From NCBI GenBank assembly GCA_963712115.1, contig CAVQGX010000031.1:1-64000 (forward strand): 64,000 bases of DNA. Direction: 5' to 3'. The translations under genes were made by a program, and so were the position numbers. The notes below the pieces were generated by a model, which was not told the DNA's origin, made no database searches, and saw only the letters and a program-made list of their open reading frames with translations. This document shows positions 18,872 through 29,259 of the stretch, piece after piece (within the stretch, counting starts at the first letter, position 1; each line of letters opens with the position of its first letter). Source of the DNA: an uncultured delta proteobacterium (GTDB lineage: Bacteria > Desulfobacterota > Syntrophobacteria > BM002).

Positions 18872-19642
18872 ATGAATAGCTGCATCTACGAGGGTCACGT
18901 CCGCCACCGTCGCTTCCGACCGGTGGAGAACTCCTTTCGCTATGGTATTTTCTTTATGTTCCTCGACCTGGAGGAACTGCCCGGGCTGTTTCAGGGGAAT
19001 ATTTTCTGGTCGCATGATCGGGTTAATCTCGCTTATCTACGCCGTCGGGATCACCTGGGTGATCCGCAAGTTCCACTCCAGCGAGCCGTCCGGGACCTGG
19101 TAAAAAAAAGACTAGGTAAGGGGCCAACCGGCCCCATTCGCATGCTCACTCACTTGAGGTACTTCGGATATTGCTTCAATCCTGTTAGTTTCTATTACTG
19201 TTATGACGAATCAGACCAACAGGTTGAAACCATAGTGGTTGAGATTCACAACACGCCGTGGGGTGAAGAATATTGTTATGTCCTTGGTGAGGAGCTGAAC
19301 GAACATCCCCTGAGGGGGTGGAAGCGCTATCAGTTCAGCAAGAATTTTCACGTCTCACCTTTTATGGATATGGATATCTGGTGCGATTGGAGGTTTAGAG
19401 AGCCCGGCAAATCATTGAGTGTGCACATGACTAACATCGAAAAGGGGAGGAAACTCTTCGATGCCACTCTGACCCTGAATCGCAGGGAAATTAGTAGCCG
19501 TGACTTGAACAGGGTCTTATTGGCCTATCCCTTCATGACCCTTAAGGTCACCACCATGATATATCTCCAGGCCCTTAGATTATGGTCCAAGGGGGCGCCT
19601 TTTTATGTCCACCCAGACAAAAGAGATGTAGATCATGACTGA
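18872..19642 (+). CDS. DUF1365-family protein (UfaO/RSP1090-like)
   Basis: H.R..P..N.F.Y, FNPVSFYYC, NTPWGE, FHVSPFM, IY.QAL.LW.KG. Confidence 0.92.
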   Translation: MNSCIYEGHVRHRRFRPVENSFRYGIFFMFLDLEELPGLFQGNIFWSHDRVNLAYLRRRDHLGDPQVPLQRAVRDLVKKRLGKGPTGPIRMLTHLRYFGYCFNPVSFYYCYDESDQQVETIVVEIHNTPWGEEYCYVLGEELNEHPLRGWKRYQFSKNFHVSPFMDMDIWCDWRFREPGKSLSVHMTNIEKGRKLFDATLTLNRREISSRDLNRVLLAYPFMTLKVTTMIYLQALRLWSKGAPFYVHPDKRDVDHD

Positions 19643-20915
19643 CTCCATTGTGCCAGCGGAAGCTTCTGCTATTGAGCAGACTAAAGCAAGTCGGTTTGAT
19701 CAGCTTGCCAAAAAATTACTTTTTTCGCTCCTCCGTGGCCTGCACCGGGGAAAACTCACTATAATCGACGGCTCTGTCCGTCGGATTTTCGGCGAAAAAA
19801 GCAAGCAATTCCCCCTGGAAGCCACAATCACCGTTCACCATCCCCGTTTCTATAGCTCCATAGTATTTGGCGGCAGTATTGGCGCCAGCGAGGCTTTCAT
19901 GGCAGGCCAGTGGTCCACCGATGATTTGACCACGGTGGTGCGTATCATCATCTTGAATCGAGAAGTGTTGGAGGGAATGGAAAAAGGTCTGGCCTGGCTC
20001 ACAGCTCCTCTCCACATGTTTTTTCATCTCTTTCGGAGCAACACAAAAAAAGGAAGTCGTCTCAACATCGCTGCCCATTACGACCTGGGAAACGACTTCT
20101 ATAAGCTCTTTCTTGACGAGACCCTCACTTACTCCTGCGGCATATTCGAGCGCGAGGACAGCACCCTCAAAGAGGCGTCCATGGCGAAATACGGTCGTAT
20201 CTGCCAGAAGCTGGATCTGTCGTCTAAAGATCATGTAGTTGAAATCGGCTCTGGGTGGGGTGGTTTCGCCATCTACGCAGCACAGAATTATGGCTGCCGC
20301 ATAACCACAACCACAATTTCCGCGGCCCAATATGATCTGGCAAAAGAACTAATTGACAAGGCTGGAGTGGCCCATAAGGTAGAATTGCTCTTGGAGGATT
20401 ATCGGGATCTCAAAGGTAAGTACGACAAGCTCGTTTCCATCGAAATGATAGAGGCCGTGGGCCATAAGTATTTGGACACATTTTTCCGGTCTTGCAGCAA
20501 ACTTTTGAAAGAAGACGGTATGATGCTCCTGCAGGCCATAACTATTGCAGACCAATTTTTTGACCAGCACAAAAGGAGTGTCGATTTCATCAAACGGTAC
20601 ATCTTTCCGGGAAGCTGTATACCTTCTATTACGGCAATCAGTAGATCCCTCGCCCGCGCCAGCGACTTGAAGCTTTTCCACCTAGAGGATATCACTCCTC
20701 ACTATGCCAGAACTCTCCGCACCTGGAGGCAAAGGTTCTTTGCCAACATAGACAAAGTGCGCGGTCTGGGCTATCCAGAGACCTTCATTCGCATGTGGGA
20801 GTACTACCTTTGCTACTGTGAGGGTGGTTTTACCGAGCGGTACCTGGGTGACGTCCAGATGCTTCTTACCAAACCCCTTTGCCGCCGCCCACCGATTTTG
20901 CCTACACTCACATAG
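19635..20915 (+). CDS. Cyclopropane-fatty-acyl synthase family SAM methyltransferase (Cfa/UfaM-like)
   Basis: HYDLGNDFY, EIGSGWG, SIEMIEAVG, YIFPG, WEYYL.YCE.GF. Confidence 0.93.
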   Translation: MTDSIVPAEASAIEQTKASRFDQLAKKLLFSLLRGLHRGKLTIIDGSVRRIFGEKSKQFPLEATITVHHPRFYSSIVFGGSIGASEAFMAGQWSTDDLTTVVRIIILNREVLEGMEKGLAWLTAPLHMFFHLFRSNTKKGSRLNIAAHYDLGNDFYKLFLDETLTYSCGIFEREDSTLKEASMAKYGRICQKLDLSSKDHVVEIGSGWGGFAIYAAQNYGCRITTTTISAAQYDLAKELIDKAGVAHKVELLLEDYRDLKGKYDKLVSIEMIEAVGHKYLDTFFRSCSKLLKEDGMMLLQAITIADQFFDQHKRSVDFIKRYIFPGSCIPSITAISRSLARASDLKLFHLEDITPHYARTLRTWRQRFFANIDKVRGLGYPETFIRMWEYYLCYCEGGFTERYLGDVQMLLTKPLCRRPPILPTLT

Positions 20916-20974
20916 CAGCACATACAAAATTACGGTCGCTATCTATTGTTTTATTAGGTGTCCCTCTTTTCACA

Positions 20975-21329
20975 TCATCCATTACGCCTCGTAAGCAAGG
21001 TTCCAAGAGTGTCGCCAACCTGAAGTTTATAGAGTTCAAGTAGCATGTATGCTGAAATGGCCAAATTTCCCAAGAGCATGATTAAGGCAAACCAAACCAG
21101 TTTACGCCACAGGTGAAGTTCCTTATATGCCACCCAAACAAAGAAGGTCAGGAATCCGAAGTAAGCATCCGCCAAGGTGGCTCTAAACCACCAGTTGGGC
21201 CAGATGTTGCCCACGGCCTCAAATATGTTCTGGTCAATGGTCGCAGTTATTGTTACTGCAAAGCATGGCGAAAAGAATAAAGGCAAAAAGTGCTTTTAGA
21301 ATATACAGAGTTATTTTATTCAGCCTCAC
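20975..21329 (-). pseudogene. DUF1475-like small membrane protein, one +1 frameshift near 21261
   Basis: GTG start at 21329 (MRLNKITLYILKALF...); removing one T restores ML-AVTITAT; PNWWFRATLADAYFGF. Confidence 0.7.
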
Positions 21330-21552
21330 TAATCCTCAACCTCCTTAATTCTCAGCTATCACATCTCCCTTAAATGATAATTTCGAATAGGAAGGAGTCA
21401 ATGTTAATAAAAAAAGAGTAAAATGGTAGTTCAATACTACAATCTCCTTCTTCCATTTGACATCTACAATCCAATACTTATCTTGCCAATAACTTAACTA
21501 GCTTGCACTTTTGAGCGAATTGCCATGAGTCGTTTGAGGGGAGATCTTGGAT

Positions 21553-22294
21553 ATGCCTTATAGGGATGTTGCTGGGTCAAAAAGAAAATTTGTCCGAATT
21601 CATCTATCTCTACTTTTTTTCACTGCCGTAAATCTTAGTTTTTTTGGAACCCTAGCTACGGGGAAACATTTGTAGGCAAAGCAGTGAACTCCAAGGGTAA
21701 ATTGGAATACGCTGAGTATCATACTGTTACGCTACAGAAACGGCAAAGTCAGTGAAAGCCAAACCATCTATTATGATGCCAATAATAATAAAATCGGAGA
21801 GTTAATTTCAGAATATTCTTTCGGTCCTCAGTTCGGAAGCTATGATTTTAGAGATATCCGTGCCCAATATCAAGACGGTGCAAAAGTGGCAGTCGGATAG
21901 GATTTGGCTATTTCGAAAGCAAAACCCTCAAGATGATATTGAAGGGAAATATCTTGCAAAAGAGAATGACCAAATAGTCGGCCAGGGTTTTCATCAATTT
22001 ATTGTCCACAATCTCGAGCAAATAGCCCAAGGGGAAGTTTTCCAGATACGACTGGTCTTACCATCACGTCTTGACCAATATGAGTTTAGGATTCGCAAGC
22101 GAAAAATTGAAGGTGACACCCTTTTTATCCGTCTTGAAGTCGACAACTGGTTGCTCAGGCTCTTCGCTCCCCATGTCGACGTTGATTATGATCTGAAAAA
22201 GCGTCATCTCCTTCGCTACGAGGGCATTTCTAACCTGGAAGACACTTCAGGGAAACACAAAAAAGTTACTATAACCTATTCTTACGAAAGTTAG
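21553..22294 (+). pseudogene. Hypothetical exported protein broken by several frameshifts
   Basis: Continuous plausible peptide across frames (GETFVGKAVN.../YRNGKVSESQTIYYD.../QSDRIWLF...LLRYEGISN). Confidence 0.6.
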
Positions 22295-22400
22295 GTTGAC
22301 ATGTTCACCCTGTCATCCAAGCGGAGGCGGAAATCCAGAGAGTTGCAAAACTGGAGTAGTTAACTTCGAAGTTAAAACATCAGGTGTTTAAGGAGAGCTA

Positions 22401-22808
22401 ATGGTTGCAGCAAAACTTGTTCAGCTCTATATAGCAACCGCCATTTTATTCTTCGCCATTGATATTCTTTGGTTGGGTGTGATTGCCAAGAATTTTTACA
22501 ATAGACATTTAGGCCGTTTTTTCAGAGAGAGGGTCAACTGGACTGCTGCCAGCATATTCTATTCCCTCTACATTCTTGGAATAATGATCTTCGCCATCCT
22601 GCCGGGAATCAGCATTGCTTCATTTAGCCGAACCGTCATTCTGGGTGTGCTTTACGGTTTCTTTACCTACGCCACCTACGATCTCACCAATCTGGCCACC
22701 CTCAAAGATTGGCCGGTTAAAATTGTAGTGGTTGATATCCTCTGGGGAATGGTGCTTTGTGGCCTTGTTTCAGCGGGCGGATTTCTCGTTGCCACGCATT
22801 TTCTTTGA
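22401..22808 (+). CDS. DUF2177-family membrane protein
   Basis: D..WLG..A..FY, YATYDLTNLATLKDWP....DI.WG. Confidence 0.9.
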   Translation: MVAAKLVQLYIATAILFFAIDILWLGVIAKNFYNRHLGRFFRERVNWTAASIFYSLYILGIMIFAILPGISIASFSRTVILGVLYGFFTYATYDLTNLATLKDWPVKIVVVDILWGMVLCGLVSAGGFLVATHFL

Positions 22809-22888
22809 AAAGGTGTCCTTTCAATGCGGAACAAGAAAAATAAAGGCTGAAAAGGAGGCCACGTTCCTGCCAGTTCAGATGGCAAATT

Positions 22889-23685
22889 TCATGGCTTCTC
22901 CTTTCTCGGGAACCATGGAATGAAACTACTCGTGCTCTTTATGTACTCCTCATATTCAGGCCGACTATCTACTATTGTCTTTTCCAACAGAGTAACGCCT
23001 GAGACTTTCAGCAGAAGAAAAGTTATAAGCAGCGGGCTTATTACCACCCATGCGCTTCCTGGTGTGGCCAAAGTGATCATAAAAAGACCCCACCAAACAA
23101 GCGATTCACCAAAATAATTGGGATGTCGGGTATAAGCCCACAGCCCCCTGTTCATCACCTTGCCTTTGTTCTCTGGATCTGTTTTGAAGCGGTACAATTG
23201 CCAATCGGCCACCGCCTCGAATACGAAACCAACAGCCCAAATAATCACCCCCAAAAGGTCGAGCATCACCAGCCTCGCAGGAATCGGCTGAAATCTGCCC
23301 AACTTGCAGGACAAGGGAAATGGTCCACAGGAGGACTCCTTGAAGTCCGAATACGGTAAACAAACTTACCCACCAGAAACGGGCGCCGTATTGGGCTCTC
23401 CAGGCCTGGTAGCGGCGATCCTCACCATGACCCCAATTTCGGATGAGGATGTAGAGGGCTAAACGGAGCCCCCAAAGGGTGGTGAGCAAGGTAATCAGAA
23501 CTTTTCGACCGAGGTAACCGTCTGCCCTGGAGGAAAGTGAGCCAGGCTACGACAACGAAGCCCAGTCCCCAAAAGATGTCCGCGATGCTTGCATCCCCTT
23601 TGATTAGACTCAGTAGCCAGACTGCAAACATCATGGCCATTACCGCGGAGAGGTTAGTGATGAAAATGGACAATAAATACTCCAT
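22889..23685 (-). pseudogene. DUF1295 (steroid 5-alpha-reductase-like) membrane protein, two +1 frameshifts
   Basis: Three ORF pieces: DASIADIFWG / WGLRL...EDRRY / GLWAYTRHPNYFGE. Confidence 0.85.
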
Positions 23686-23722
23686 TCATTTCTCCTCTAA
23701 CTACAGCTGCTCCCACCATCCA

Positions 23723-25128
23723 TTATCTGAGTATTCGGCTTGGACGGAGAGGGTCTGTAACAGAATTTCCTTTGCGACGCTCTCCAATGGCCGCCAAAAT
23801 ATCTTTATGAATCCTGCGGCTAATGGGATAGGCCAGAGCGATGACGAAAGCCGCAATGTTACACAGAGAAGGCACCAAGGCATACAGGACCCTGAGAGTT
23901 AACTGTACCTGCTCTGATTGCTCAACATTGGGCGTGTAACCAACAGCGCCCAAAATAGATAGTGCCAAACCAACCCCTAGAGCCGCGGCAAGCTTCTTGG
24001 TAATAGACCATATGCCAATGTATTGGCCCTCTCGTCTTTGGCCTGAGAGAAGCTCATCATAGTCAATAACATCAGCCTGCATGGCAGAGGGTATGGCAAG
24101 GGTTGCACCGAAGCCGATTCCGGAGAGAAAGACCAGCACTCCGTAGAGGTGAGTGTCCCCCGGTCCCAGAAAAAAAACGCCAGTAAAGGCACCAGTGTTT
24201 ATAGCCATAGCAGCGAGCCAGGTAATCTTTTTCTCCAGCTTCCGTGCCATATAGATCCAGCCAGGCAGAAAAAGGACCCCGGTGGCAAAGTAAATGAGAA
24301 GGAAAAGATCAGCTTGCTTCGACTGGAGCACGTATTCCACGTAATACAGAATCAAAGTAGCCGGCAGATTACTACCAAAGGCAGCTACAATGTAAGATAT
24401 CAGTAGAATTATAAAGGGCCTGTTTTGTGACACCTCTCTTAGTCCCTGCAGCAACCCTTGCTTTTCTCCTTGGAAAAGTTGTGGCCTTTCGCGAATCGAC
24501 AAAACACACCACCAACAGAAGGCAATCAATAAGGGTGCATAGAGCACAGCAATCCAGAAAAACTTAGTCCGCTCTCCTTCATCGGTTGGTGAAAGACCAA
24601 AGGCCCAGGCCACTGCTGCTGGTGAGCTTGCTGCCGCGAGAGTGCCCGCTATAAGGGCTCCATCTCTCATGCCCAGCAGGGTAGTTCGTTCGTCATAATC
24701 AAAGGTGATCTCAGGCCCCAGAGACTCGTAGGGAACCACAATGGCGGTCCAGAAAAGAAACAAGCAAGAAAATAGTCACGCCGAACCAGGCGGTTTCGAA
24801 TAGGGGAGAAGCCTCGGGTGGATTGAAAGAGAAAATACATTGACAGTGAGAGAAAAATTGCCCCAACGGCAATGTAAGGTCTACGCCTTCCAAAGCGGGT
24901 CTTTGTCTTGTCGGAAAGAAAACCGATCGCCGGGTCAGTTACGGCGTCGAAAAGTCGCACCGCTAATAGCAAATACCCCAGCATGGCAATATTGACCCCA
25001 ACCACGTCAGTGTAGAACTTGGGGATGTAGACGTATACCGGTATTCCCACAATAGCTAGGGCAAAGGCCGGAGCCGCATAGGCGACTTTCTTTGCCAGGG
25101 GAACCCTGTCTGATTCGCTGTTCTTCAT
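23723..25128 (-). pseudogene. MFS (GPH/MelB-like) transporter, two +1 frameshifts
   Basis: DAVTDP..G..SD.T..RFGRRRP in 5' piece; ADVIDYDE...RREG in 3' piece. Confidence 0.85.
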
Positions 25129-25358
25129 CTTGTCTTTTAAATCCCCTTTTTTCGTTTTGCTCGTCCTGCCGGCTACCAATTCTTTCACTTGCACTAAGGT
25201 TTTAAATTTCTTCGGGCTAGCGACTTACCGGGCTATGGTCTGATAATCACTGCACGGTTCATGTCAAGAAAATGACATGCTAAGCAAAGTCGGGGCATGA
25301 GGTTTGGAAGTGAAAGATAAGCTTGATGAGCAGAGACTTTCATCTTGAGCTTTAAGAC

Positions 25359-25389
25359 AAAAAAAAGGCGAGTTAAATATCACTCGCCT
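25359..25389 (-). terminator. Intrinsic terminator
   Basis: On minus strand AGGCGAGT-loop-ACTCGCCT then poly-T. Confidence 0.7.
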
Positions 25390-25419
25390 GCTATTGTTAA
25401 GGGTGAAAATCTTGAAGAC

Positions 25420-25581
25420 TTATTCGTTTCTGCTAAAACCGCCCCGATCCAAATCAGTGCAATCAGCTTTCTCTTTATCGCTTACAGTTGATGCATCTCT
25501 TAAGTCTTCGAGGTTACAGATGTAAGCATTTCCCTCTTTGTCGTAAACGTAAACCATTGAACTCTTTGTTGCCTCAGCCAT
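25420..25581 (-). CDS. Small acidic protein (53 aa)
   Basis: MAEATKSSMVYVYDKEGNAYICNLEDL...; GGAGG RBS; own terminator. Confidence 0.75.
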   Translation of the reverse strand: MAEATKSSMVYVYDKEGNAYICNLEDLRDASTVSDKEKADCTDLDRGGFSRNE

Positions 25582-25871
25582 GACTAACCTCCCTCTTCCT
25601 TTAGGTGTTTTGAGTTGCAGGTTCTTGGTAATAAAATTTTTAACCGAATGATTCCTGTTGGACGATATGTTAAGAACTCCATTTCTCTCCGTCAAGAGTC
25701 CACAAAAAATTTTTGCTTTTGCCTGGGTGCAATTTCTTATCACCTCCCTTTCTTAGCAACCCGACTGCTTACTATCCAACAAATTCTGCCATATCAAGGT
25801 TATTGTAAGTTTAACGGGCCGACACTATATTAATCCTATCCGAATTTTTTCCGGCTTTCGAGGAAAATGAT

Positions 25872-26759
25872 ATGAAGATAGGATACCCCTGCATAAATCG
25901 CGGAATTGGTTGCACAGCCAATTCCACTTTCAGACTCGCCTCCTACTCAGAGGAGCGACTGGTTCAGAAAGTGGAAAACAATTTAAACTGTCTCTTTAAG
26001 ATCTTGCAGTACAATGTTCAGAAAGGTTTCTACTTCTTTAGAATCAGCTCTGACCTGGTTCCTTTCGCCTCACACCCCGTTTGCACCTATGACTGGGCCG
26101 GCCATTTCAGGAGTCAGTTTAGAAAAATTGGCGAGTTCATAAAAGATCATAGCATAAGGATCTCTATGCATCCTGATCAGTTTGTCATCATCAACGGGCT
26201 GAAAGACGATGTGGTGGAGCGAAGCGTAAGGGAGCTTGAATATCATTGCACCGTCCTCGACAAAATGGGTTTGGACAGCACCGCCAAGATCCAGATTCAT
26301 GTGGGCGGAGTTTACGGCGACAAGGACTCCGCCATGGATAGGTTTATTGAGAGATACAACTCTTTGAGCAAGTCGCTTAAGAGCAGGCTGGTCATTGAGA
26401 ACGACGACAGATCGTACAGCCTGAAGGATTGTATGTCGGTATACGAAAAAATTGGAATTCCCTTAATCTTTGACGCCTTTCACCACCACTGCCTCAACAA
26501 CGGTGAAACATTGCGACAAGGTTTGGAACTCTCTGCGAGCACCTGGAGAGAATCAGACGGCATTCCCATGGTAGACTACAGTAGTCAGCAGAGAGGCCAG
26601 CGGTCTGGATCGCACGCAAAAACGCTGAACACGGCAATGTTCAAAAAGTTTCTCCATGAAATTAGAGGATTGGACTTTGATTTAATGCTGGAGATAAAGG
26701 ACAAGGAAACTAGCGCTTTAAAGGCCCTCAAGATTTTAAAGGCAACAAGCAATCTTTAG
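25872..26759 (+). CDS. uvsE: UV-damage DNA repair endonuclease UvsE
   Basis: IGYPCIN, FRISSDLVP.ASH, SMHPDQF, ENDD, FD.FHH, LEIKDKE. Confidence 0.93.
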   Translation: MKIGYPCINRGIGCTANSTFRLASYSEERLVQKVENNLNCLFKILQYNVQKGFYFFRISSDLVPFASHPVCTYDWAGHFRSQFRKIGEFIKDHSIRISMHPDQFVIINGLKDDVVERSVRELEYHCTVLDKMGLDSTAKIQIHVGGVYGDKDSAMDRFIERYNSLSKSLKSRLVIENDDRSYSLKDCMSVYEKIGIPLIFDAFHHHCLNNGETLRQGLELSASTWRESDGIPMVDYSSQQRGQRSGSHAKTLNTAMFKKFLHEIRGLDFDLMLEIKDKETSALKALKILKATSNL

Positions 26760-26771
26760 TGGAGGTGAGCG

Positions 26772-27264
26772 GTGGCACAAATTAATGGTTCAGGTTCCAG
26801 GAAAGAGACCCTTTTGAGCGAGGAATCGGAGCTTGAACACCTGATAAGAGAATTGTTTGAGTCGCAAAAACTCGCAGTCCTGGGCACCCAAAAGCAAGGG
26901 GCAGCCCTATGCCAACCTCATAGCTTTTGCCGCCAGCGAAGACCTGAAGAGCTTATACTTTGCCACAGCTCGCGCCACTCGCAAGTACGCCAACATCGAG
27001 GCTGATGCCAGAGTAACAGTGTTGATTGACAATCGATCAAATCAGGACTCTGATTTTTCTCAAGCTGCAGCTGTTACCGCAACCGGCAGAGCCAAAGAGG
27101 TGGTGGCTTCAAAGCGAGATGAGGTCCTCGCCATCTACCTGGCCAAACATCCAATGTTGGAAGAATTTGTCCGATCCCCATCATGTGCTCTTCTCCGGGT
27201 GGAGGTGAAAACCTACTACCTGGTGAGGAGATTCCAAAACGTTATGGAGCTTCATATTAAGTGA
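26772..27264 (+). pseudogene. Pyridoxamine 5'-phosphate oxidase-like FMN-binding protein, one +1 frameshift near 26899
   Basis: LAVLGT.. joined to GQPYANLIAF...FAT.R.TRKY.N by removing one G from GGGG. Confidence 0.8.
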
Positions 27265-27420
27265 TGAACTTACCGTGGATGGCTATTTGGGGATTGTCAT
27301 CAAACACTCCTAAACCTGCCAATTATCTGGCCTCAATTATTCTGTATATACAAAGATTATTAACTTGCTTCGTTGGAATCACTTCTCCCCTTGGAAAATA
27401 TGTCGCAAGTCGTCGAACCC

Positions 27421-27577
27421 GTCATTCCGGACGAGGCCGCCAAAGGCGGACGAGATCCGTGGTTCGACAGGCTCACCACCCTGAGCAAAGTCGAAGGGGA
27501 ATCCAGTGGAAGTTCAATATAATTCTATTCTTTCTGGATCCCGGCTCGTGTCCGCCAGCGGACTTGGCCGGGATGAC
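27421..27577. repeat. GTCATTCCGG...CCGGGATGAC palindromic element with nested modules
   Basis: Terminal arms GTCATTCCGGAC/GGCCGGGATGAC, inner GAATCCAG/CTGGATCC, nested TTCGACAGGCTCA..TGAGCAAAGTCGAA. Confidence 0.75.
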
Positions 27578-27697
27578 AGGGAAAAGATAAACCGGCAGGA
27601 GAAGACATTGCCATGCTGCAGTAGCATTGACAAACGAGCAGACCTGATTATTTTCCCTGACACGGGTATAAATCACCTTTGGAAAGGAGAAGACAAC

Positions 27698-28165
27698 ATG
27701 GCCAAGCTAAATGTTGGAGATAGGGCACCAGATTTATCATTGAAGGATCAAAATGAAAGACAGGTGAGCCTTGAAGATTACAAAGGCAAAAAAGTTCTTG
27801 TCTATTTTTATCCTAAGGCGGATACCCCCGGTTGCACCAAACAGGCGTGCAATGTGAGAGACGCCAGGGCGGAACTTGCAGATCTCGGCGTCGATGCAGT
27901 TGGAATCAGTCCGGATGCGCCGGGTAAGCAGAAAAAATTCGATAAGAAATACGGTCTGGATTTTACCTTGTTGGCCGACCAGGACAATTCAGTGGCCAAA
28001 GCCTACGGCGCCTGGGGAGAAAAATCTATGTACGGCAAAAAGTACGAGGGTATCATCCGCTCTGCTCTGCTCCTGGACGAGGAGGGGAAAGTATTGCAGA
28101 CCTGGTACAAGGTTAGCCCCAAAGATACAGTCCCTAAGGTTCTAGAGGCGCTTGAGGATGAGTGA
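27698..28165 (+). CDS. bcp: Thioredoxin-dependent peroxiredoxin Bcp
   Basis: YFYPKADTPGCTKQAC, AGGAG RBS before ATG 27698. Confidence 0.93.
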   Translation: MAKLNVGDRAPDLSLKDQNERQVSLEDYKGKKVLVYFYPKADTPGCTKQACNVRDARAELADLGVDAVGISPDAPGKQKKFDKKYGLDFTLLADQDNSVAKAYGAWGEKSMYGKKYEGIIRSALLLDEEGKVLQTWYKVSPKDTVPKVLEALEDE

Positions 28166-29176
28166 GATGAACTCAGTGATGATTCATTTTCCAGGCTGGA
28201 CGAATCAGATGATTCCATATTCTATGCTACTGATCGATTCGTTCATCATATAGATTCCCTTGCCCTGTCGACTGTAGAAAGGATAATCGGAGAACTTGTC
28301 ATCGAGGATAATCCAGTTATTTTGGACTTGATGGCTGGCTGGGACTCCCACATTCCTCCCTCCATTCAACCGGAGAAGATTGTGGGGCTCGGCCTCAACC
28401 GCAGAGAGCTCTCGAAAAATCAGGCTCTCACCGAATACTGTATTCACGACCTGAACAGGCACCCCGCTCTGCCTTTCCCAGATAACACATTTGATGCTGT
28501 CCTCAATGTGGTATCCGTAGACTACATGACCAGACCCCTTGAGACTTTTCGAGAGGTAGGCAGAATTCTCAAGCCAGGAGGTTTGTTCCTGGTAATTTTT
28601 TCCAACCGCATGTTCGAGCAAAAGGCAGTCAAGATCTGGCGTCAGTCTGGAGAGGAAGAGCGGATTTTGCTGGTGGAAGAGTTTTTCAGCCTGGCTGGGA
28701 GCTTTACCAGTCCACAGGTCTTCGTCTCAAAAGGTAAGCCAAGGCCTGAGGACGACAAGTACGCCCATCTCGGTATTCCGAGTGATCCCATCTACGCAGT
28801 ATATGCTGAGAAAAGCGGAGTGGGGAGGAGCAAAAGGCCTGAACTCTCATTGATTTGGCCCCTCACCGATCTCCCAGATCCAGAGGAACTTGCGCGCAGA
28901 AAAGAGGCGGTAAAAGATACATTACAGTGTCCACACTGCATTGAGCGGTTGCTGAAGTGGGAATTGCCTCAGAACCCTTTCACTGAATGGGACATGGAAT
29001 TTTTGTTTGTCTGTTTTAACGATAAATGCCCTTTTCTGGTTAGAGGCTGGGAGGTTATGTACCGCCAAGGTAACATGGGATTGTCATATCGTTTCGCCTA
29101 CAACCCAGATCGTGACCAGTGCATGTCAGTGCCGGTTCCGAATCTCCACGCCCTGAAAGAGGGTATTGTGGAGTAA
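28158..29176 (+). CDS. Class I SAM methyltransferase fused to C-terminal Cys-rich (zinc-ribbon-like) domain; 5' start unresolved
   Basis: F.R.DE.DD..FY...RFV.HID, LDLM..W.SH, SVDY; C-term CPHC...CFNDKCP; coding frame opens right after the bcp TGA. Confidence 0.85.
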
Positions 29177-29259
29177 GACCATTGAAAACCCCTCCGGGGG
29201 TGGCTAAGTCCTCCCTCCGGGCCGTAGGCCCTCTGGGCCGGCGGCAGGACCCGGATTTC

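Noticed and set aside
19716-20330. Long antisense ORFs over cfa, cimA, qrcB and qrcC
   Set aside because: Shadow frames of well-supported genes with no recognisable motifs
27506-27697. Long N-terminal extensions from the ORF track (bcp, ybeY, LysR, MFS, 25743 start)
   Set aside because: Better RBS-supported internal starts match family N-termini
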